60,826 bases of DNA, taken from positions 124,001 through 184,826 of the forward strand of contig JBDRRP010000093.1 in assembly GCA_043825735.1 (NCBI GenBank). The letters run 5' to 3'. The DNA is from Pseudomonadota bacterium (GTDB lineage Bacteria > Desulfobacterota > Desulfobacteria > Desulfobacterales > JBDRRP01). The notes beneath the pieces are model-generated. The model had not been told where the DNA came from. It saw nothing but the letters and a program-made list of their open reading frames with translations, and made no database searches. This document shows, piece by piece, positions 55,817 to 60,826 of the stretch. Numbering within the stretch: the first letter of the stretch is position 1; each line of letters starts with the position of its first letter. Both the position numbers and the translations under genes were made by a program.

Positions 55817-57851
55817 CGAAGAGACGCATCTGTTTATCGGAGATATCTCTTCGTGATGACTGCTTCGCGCGACCGGCCGGCCGCGCGGTGCTGCGGGGAA
55901 AAAATTGCCGAAACGCCTGGTCCGCCGATAGGCTGTCCCCGGTGTCGTCACGGACGATCATGTTATTCGGAATGATGATCCCTTCCGGTGTCTCGTAAAA
56001 GGAAGCGGCATCGACAATATCGGGCGTGCAGTAGTCGGGGTCGCCGGTGTCGATGTCCAGCGTGTGGCGAATCTGCCGCGCCTTGCTGCTCACCGAGCCG
56101 GGCTTGGTCCCGAAAAAAGTGTTGATATCTTCCGGTGTCACATCCAACGGATCATCGGTGTAAAAGAGAAAATTCAACTGGGCGATGGCGTAGACAATGG
56201 CTGCCGCCCAGATCTCCTGCCGCCCCCGGTTCAGGGAAAACTCGGTGCCCACATCCAGCCGGTCGCAGAGGTTGAACACGCGCTGGGTCATTTCGTAGGT
56301 GAGAAAGCGGCCGCAGAAATCGACAAGCAATCCACGGATGGCGGCGCCTGCCGCCGACTCGTGGTCATCAGATCGCACGGATGCCGCCTGCGGCGGGATC
56401 TCCAGGCCGAGCCGCCGGCGCACTGTGGCAATGGGGCCTGCCGCCACTTCCCGGATCAGCGCATCACCGCGCGCTTCCGCTTCGGCAGCGGCCAGCAGAC
56501 GCGTCACGATCTCGCGTCCCTCCGGCGTTTTCACGGCCTGGCGCGGCGTCCGGTGCTGCAACGCAGGAATCGGTGTGTCCATCCAATCACGCCAGTGATC
56601 GGCGATCATATACGCGATATCCTCCCGCAAATCCTGGTCCTCGAGCAGTTCCTCCCGGCCAAAATCGCTCAAACCCGGCGGGTCGTCATCATCGGGACCG
56701 CCTTCACGGACATCTTTCAGTGCGTGAACCTCGGTGGCGCGGTACCGGGCACTGCCGCCCAGCCGCCGTTCCATTTCAGCCCGTGCGGCCTCGGCCCTAA
56801 CCTTGGAATTCACCATTACCAGAAGCTGTTCGCCTTCTATATCAATGCGTCCGAAAACCTGCGGCCCCCAGGTTTCAACCGCTCCCGGAAAACGGCGAAA
56901 CCATGGCAGATCGGCACGCACGATCCGCCCGTTTTCGTCTCGGTCGGCATCTTTCAGCAGCAATGCCGCTTCTACACCGGTGGCCAATGGGGCGAGTTTT
57001 TCAGCCACCTCATGGGGGTCATCGATATCATAGTGGAGCATGTGAAACGAAATGGGGTCCCCGTCGGTATTGCTAATCTGGGGCGGCCCGGTCAAGGACC
57101 GATAAATCCAGCGGTAGCAATCGAACACCTCGTCTTCAAACTCCGACACCGACTCGTCATCGACGTCGTCGGCGCAATCGGCGATCTCCTGCTTTAACAG
57201 CCGGATGTCTTTTTTATACGCCTGCGGAAGGGCGATCTGGGAACAGCCCACCATCATGGCCACATGCTCGATCTGAACGACGCGGCACAGCAGGATTTCG
57301 CCGGCGGTGACCGCATCCGAAGCCATCCGTTCCATGATCTTTGCATCGCGGCCGGTCAGCAGATCGCGAAGATGGAGCCCACGGCCGGGTGTCGCCGAAA
57401 TCACTTCCCAGAAACTGAACGGCGCATCCAATGTGGCGTCTATCAGTCGCATCTGGAGGGAATCGATTCTGTCCGGGTGGGCACCGGTGTACATCAGCGC
57501 GATGGGCGTGTCGGCCTGAAGATCGGGCACGGCGCCATCCTCGTAGGGGTCGTACTTCCAGTTGTAAAAAAACCATGGCCAGAACAGCTCTTCCTGATTT
57601 TCAATGAGACCGAACAGGGCTTCCATGTCCGCCAATTCGGGATCGCCCAGGAATTGGTTCATCCCCAGCATCAAGGCAACCGGATGGATCTGCTCTTCGG
57701 CAAAATTCATCAGCGACCTGGCCAGAGCACCATGGGCATCACCCAGCCGGCGCCACAGCAGATCCACCGCAGGCGCGGCTGCGGCAAGGCAGCATTTCTT
57801 ATACTTTTTCCCGCTCCCGCAGGGACAGGGATCGTTTCGTCCGGTTTTCAT
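55809..57851 (-). CDS. SEC-C motif multidomain protein with MbcA/ParS/Xre-like and DUF6398-like domains
   Basis: N-terminal GRNDPCPCGSGKKYKKCC; WMDTPIPALQHRTPRQAV (antitoxin C-terminal-like); C-terminal GRQEIWAAAIVYAIAQLNFLF...FFGTKPGSVSSKARQIR. Confidence 0.85.
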   Translation of the reverse strand: MKTGRNDPCPCGSGKKYKKCCLAAAAPAVDLLWRRLGDAHGALARSLMNFAEEQIHPVALMLGMNQFLGDPELADMEALFGLIENQEELFWPWFFYNWKYDPYEDGAVPDLQADTPIALMYTGAHPDRIDSLQMRLIDATLDAPFSFWEVISATPGRGLHLRDLLTGRDAKIMERMASDAVTAGEILLCRVVQIEHVAMMVGCSQIALPQAYKKDIRLLKQEIADCADDVDDESVSEFEDEVFDCYRWIYRSLTGPPQISNTDGDPISFHMLHYDIDDPHEVAEKLAPLATGVEAALLLKDADRDENGRIVRADLPWFRRFPGAVETWGPQVFGRIDIEGEQLLVMVNSKVRAEAARAEMERRLGGSARYRATEVHALKDVREGGPDDDDPPGLSDFGREELLEDQDLREDIAYMIADHWRDWMDTPIPALQHRTPRQAVKTPEGREIVTRLLAAAEAEARGDALIREVAAGPIATVRRRLGLEIPPQAASVRSDDHESAAGAAIRGLLVDFCGRFLTYEMTQRVFNLCDRLDVGTEFSLNRGRQEIWAAAIVYAIAQLNFLFYTDDPLDVTPEDINTFFGTKPGSVSSKARQIRHTLDIDTGDPDYCTPDIVDAASFYETPEGIIIPNNMIVRDDTGDSLSADQAFRQFFPRSTARPAGRAKQSSRRDISDKQMRLFDD

Positions 57852-57908
57852 GGCAGGGTTCTCCTTGCACTGAAAACTGCGTCGTGTCGGTTCATCGTAC
57901 CGGTCAAA

Positions 57909-58280
57909 TCAACGCCCCCCCTCCTGAGGCCCGCCAAACAGCGGCAACTGCCCGCCAGTGATCGCCCGGAAATCTATCTCGGACTTCGCCGCCTCGGGAG
58001 TCGCCTGCTCGCTTAAATCGAGATGCCCGCCCAGTGCGAGGCTAGCGGCCAGAACCCCTTGGGTGAATCCCTGCCGGATGGCTTCCCTTTTGATGAATTC
58101 CACCCGCTCTTTAAGCCGCTCGGCATCGGCCAACAGCTTTTCCATCTCGCTGCGATAGATCGCCGTCTCCAGGCTGTCTTCGATGAAGTCGACCAGACGG
58201 ATCCCGTTGGTATCGCAATAGCCTCGCAGCTCCCTGTAGAGCGCGCCGTCGATCGCAATCGTCTGGGTGTCTTCCGCCAT
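57909..58280 (-). CDS. Hypothetical protein with ribbon-helix-helix-like N-terminus and coiled coil
   Basis: TQTIAIDGALYRELRGYCDTNGIRLVDFIEDSL (strand-helix-helix). ATG follows AAGGA; co-oriented with its neighbours. Confidence 0.7.
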   Translation of the reverse strand: MAEDTQTIAIDGALYRELRGYCDTNGIRLVDFIEDSLETAIYRSEMEKLLADAERLKERVEFIKREAIRQGFTQGVLAASLALGGHLDLSEQATPEAAKSEIDFRAITGGQLPLFGGPQEGGR

Positions 58281-58310
58281 TATGATCCTTGCCCAGCCAA
58301 AATGAGATGC

Positions 58311-59012
58311 TCAATTCCGGTCGTGCGGCCACGATTCCAACTGTGACAGCCATTGCCTGAAATGAGGACATTCCCTGCGGATGGTATCCAATCCGATTTC
58401 GAGCGCCGCCAGAGGACCGAACAACGGCTTTTCATAACGCGGCATCAATTGCAGAACGCGTTTTGACGGTGCCGTGATCGGCGAATCATTGATCTCTTCC
58501 GGGTTGGCAAACTGATTACGGATTTCCTGAAACGCCGCTGCGAGATCCGGCCGGCCAATACCGGCGCCAAAGCGCTCACAGTCGCTGAACAGCAGCCCCT
58601 CAAACTCATGCATCATCACGAAGGGGACAAAACGATCGGGGTGGAATCCACCGCCCATTTCTCTTCGGATGTCCTTGGCGAGTCCGTGTTCGACGGTGAT
58701 GGCCTTTTGGGCAAAGGGCAGTGTACCCGCCGCTTCGCGGCCGGGCCACGCCCGAGTGCCGGTTTGCGGCAGCGCATAATAATCCACCATAGTGGTGGCC
58801 ATACATCCGGAGTCTTCCCGAAGGTGATTGACAATATCTTTCCGGACAGCGCTCCAACCCCGGATACCCCCGCGGCGATCCCTGAGCCGGGCATTCCCCA
58901 CAATGCGGGCGCTGACGATCGTATAGCCTTTACGGATCAGGTGAGGACGGAGAACGCCATTGACAAAAGCCTCTTCGGTTTCACCCTCGACGTGTATGAG
59001 TACCCTGGCCAT
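58311..59012 (-). CDS. DUF4276-family (TOPRIM-like) protein
   Basis: VLIHVEGETEE, TTMVDYYALP, FVMMHEFEGLLFSD, PEEIND, APSKR and IRRECPHFRQWL. ATG 59012 lies just after the ATPase stop codon. Confidence 0.88.
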   Translation of the reverse strand: MARVLIHVEGETEEAFVNGVLRPHLIRKGYTIVSARIVGNARLRDRRGGIRGWSAVRKDIVNHLREDSGCMATTMVDYYALPQTGTRAWPGREAAGTLPFAQKAITVEHGLAKDIRREMGGGFHPDRFVPFVMMHEFEGLLFSDCERFGAGIGRPDLAAAFQEIRNQFANPEEINDSPITAPSKRVLQLMPRYEKPLFGPLAALEIGLDTIRRECPHFRQWLSQLESWPHDRN

Positions 59013-59016
59013 GGTG

Positions 59017-60132
59017 CTATTCCCCACCGGGCCGGCCACCCAGCTCATTTTTCTCCCAAAGCTGGCCTAGGCTGTATTCCTCAAGCCATCCTGACAATTT
59101 CCGGGAATCGAGCCGGGTAAACTGCGTGCTGTCTCCAACGCGATCTGTCACCAATACCTCTTCAGGTTGGAAGTGATCCAGTAGTAGGGACGATTGGGTA
59201 GAAAGAATCACCTGGGTCTGCTGGGATGCCTGCTTGATCAGTGATGCCAGAAGTGTAATGGCCTGAGGATGCAGCCCTAGTTCCGGCTCATCTACCAAAA
59301 TCACCGAAGGGCGATAGCTCTCAGGCTGAAGGAACAGTGTGGCCAGGGCAATAAAACGCAGTGTTCCGTCAGACAGGCTGGATACGCCGAAATACTGTTC
59401 TGAATTTTTGTGACGCCATGCCATCCGGATGGTCTCATCATTCAATGGATCTGGGATCAGTAGAAAATCGTCGAAAAACGGCGCCACGCGTTGAATGGTG
59501 TGGCGGATCAGCTTGTATTCATTGGTATGTTTTTGGGATAGCAGGTACAAAAACGCTGGCAGGTTCGATCCATCAGAACGAAGGTAGGCGTTGTCATGCA
59601 GTTTGGCTGTTTTTCTCAGAGGGGATGAGGCGCTGGTATCGTGAACGTGGTAGAGGCGCCAGCGCCCCAACCGGTGGCGCACCCAATCGGCAACTCGGTT
59701 CACGTTGGGATCGCTTATCCCTGCCTCCTGACTATTTTCCATGTTCTTGATTGCTCTGGATAGCGGCTGCGGATACGTTTTGTCCCAGTAAGATACAGCC
59801 TCAACGAACGGATAGAGACTGTCATCGGCAGCTGGTGCAAGACTCAGAGAATATTGATTTACTTCATCTCCGAACGAAACCTTCAACTGAATTCGCTGTG
59901 TTGTTTTAGAGCCAAAATACAACAGTTGATCCGCACCGCCAGCTTTACGCACATACTCATTGAGTCGGCCTTCCCGAACGGCATGCAAAAATGCGAACAC
60001 ACCCATGAAGTTGGATTTACCTGACCCGTTCGGCCCAATAATCAGGTTAATGGATCCCAAGGCCAGCTTCTCCACCGAAGCGATGCTCTTAAAACCCTTG
60101 ATGGTAATGTAATCGAGTTCGGGTGAGGTCAT
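59017..60132 (-). CDS. AAA_21/SMC-like ABC-type ATPase
   Basis: IKGFKSI, Walker A GPNGSGKSN, signature LSDGTLRF, Walker B ILVDEPELGLHP and STQS. Confidence 0.92.
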   Translation of the reverse strand: MTSPELDYITIKGFKSIASVEKLALGSINLIIGPNGSGKSNFMGVFAFLHAVREGRLNEYVRKAGGADQLLYFGSKTTQRIQLKVSFGDEVNQYSLSLAPAADDSLYPFVEAVSYWDKTYPQPLSRAIKNMENSQEAGISDPNVNRVADWVRHRLGRWRLYHVHDTSASSPLRKTAKLHDNAYLRSDGSNLPAFLYLLSQKHTNEYKLIRHTIQRVAPFFDDFLLIPDPLNDETIRMAWRHKNSEQYFGVSSLSDGTLRFIALATLFLQPESYRPSVILVDEPELGLHPQAITLLASLIKQASQQTQVILSTQSSLLLDHFQPEEVLVTDRVGDSTQFTRLDSRKLSGWLEEYSLGQLWEKNELGGRPGGE

Positions 60133-60313
60133 GGCAGGCTTGCTTTCTTCAAAGCCCCTGGTTTTACCGATGGTCTTTTATCCAAATAAAAACATTGTGC
60201 GCCGTATCGGTGAAAGATAACGATCCCGGCAAGATGCACTCAACAGGTGCTTTATAGCGTCGGATGCTGATAAAAATCAACCGATCGCTCGGGCAGCGGC
60301 GATTCAACCGAAC

Positions 60314-60342
60314 AAAAAAGCGCCCTTCCGGGCGCTTTTTTT
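60314..60342 (-). terminator. Rho-independent (bidirectional) terminator downstream of the PFOR gene
   Basis: AAAAAAGCGCCC-TTCC-GGGCGCTTTTTTT. Confidence 0.85.
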
Positions 60343-60354
60343 GAAGATCTAAGG

Positions 60355-60542
60355 TTGATGAATCCGTAAAAAGGCCGGAATCCCTTTGCCGTGTCACCCC
60401 GGCGACCTGTCCGCCGTATCTCGCAGAGCGAAGGCGGAAGGCCGGGGTCCAGAAGTACCTGAAATCAATGGATCCCGGATCTCGTTTCACTCGTCCGGGA
60501 TGACGAAAAAAGGGAAAATCCGACTTTTTACGGCGCTATCAA
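60355..60542. mobile_element. Nested palindromic MITE/REP-like composite
   Basis: Outer inverted repeats TTGATGAATCCGTAAAAAG and CTTTTTACGGCGCTATCAA. Inner GTCACCCCGGCGA|AGGCCGGGGTCCA...TGGATCCCGG...CCGGGATGAC element interrupted by a 33-bp insert (60406-60438). Confidence 0.75.
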
Positions 60543-60561
60543 AGTTGCAAAAACACAACCC

Positions 60562-60826
60562 CTATTTTCCGGCGCGTCCGTCGTCACAGGCCTCGCCGTC
60601 GCCGGCTGCGTGCTCGGCGGTGTCGGAGAGCACGCAGGCGTCGGTGTCGGCGGTGACCTCCCGATCCAGCGCCCCGGCGGTCTCGATCATGACCGGTGCG
60701 GCCTCGGCCATCTGCTTGAGCTTGAGGTAGCGAAGGGCGAACTGCTCCTCGAGCTCGGCGTGGAGCTTTTTGGCCTCGGCCGGGAACGTCTTTTCAAGGG
60801 CGGCGTAGCGCACCTCGCCGCGCAAG
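60562..60826 (-). CDS. nifJ: 3' end of pyruvate:ferredoxin(flavodoxin) oxidoreductase with Cys-containing C-terminal extension
   Basis: GEVRYAALEKTFPAEAKKL...RYLKLKQMA matches the end of single-chain PFORs. The tail ...C-x15-CDDGRAGK resembles Desulfovibrio PFOR domain VII. Truncated by the window edge. Confidence 0.8.
   Translation of the reverse strand, partial: LRGEVRYAALEKTFPAEAKKLHAELEEQFALRYLKLKQMAEAAPVMIETAGALDREVTADTDACVLSDTAEHAAGDGEACDDGRAGK

Noticed and set aside
55817..55951. 45-aa N-terminal extension of the TRAP permease in the ORF track
   Set aside because: Overlaps the SEC-C gene; ATG 55816 coupled to the upstream stop is more plausible.
55809..57851. SEC-C protein supplying the missing SecA zinc tail in trans
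   Set aside because: SEC-C motifs occur on many unrelated proteins, and this gene is in a separate transcription unit over 50 kb away.
60164..60730. ORFs 60164..60490 and 60386..60730
   Set aside because: They span the terminator and repeat elements or are antisense to PFOR.

Overview
GC-rich window, probably from a sulfate-reducing Desulfobacterales-like deltaproteobacterium (inferred from the PFOR tail, the large sigma54 activator and the repeat families). Most of it is one minus-strand operon of about 48 kb: TolC -> giant ~12,600-aa adhesin-like protein (LEPR-XLL leader, DUF4347, RTX and beta-helix repeats) -> DUF3467 -> GAF-fused membrane-fusion protein (MFP) -> PqqD/RRE-like + M50 peptidase + MFP fusion -> truncated SecA-like DEAD ATPase -> signal-peptide MFP. 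The operon has no ABC transporter, so it looks like a non-canonical type-I-like export machine driven by a SecA-type motor and possibly guided by a leader peptide. This is the best candidate for a functionally undescribed system; its mechanism is inferred, not shown. Upstream is a complete sigma54 promoter/IHF/UAS arrangement facing a divergent enhancer-binding protein gene. The right end holds TAXI-TRAP transporter genes, a SEC-C multidomain protein, an RHH-like protein, an AAA ATPase + DUF4276 pair and the 3' end of a PFOR gene with a two-Cys tail. Most intergenic spaces in the export operon contain palindromic REP/MITE-like elements. All family assignments come from motif recognition; no database searches were run.
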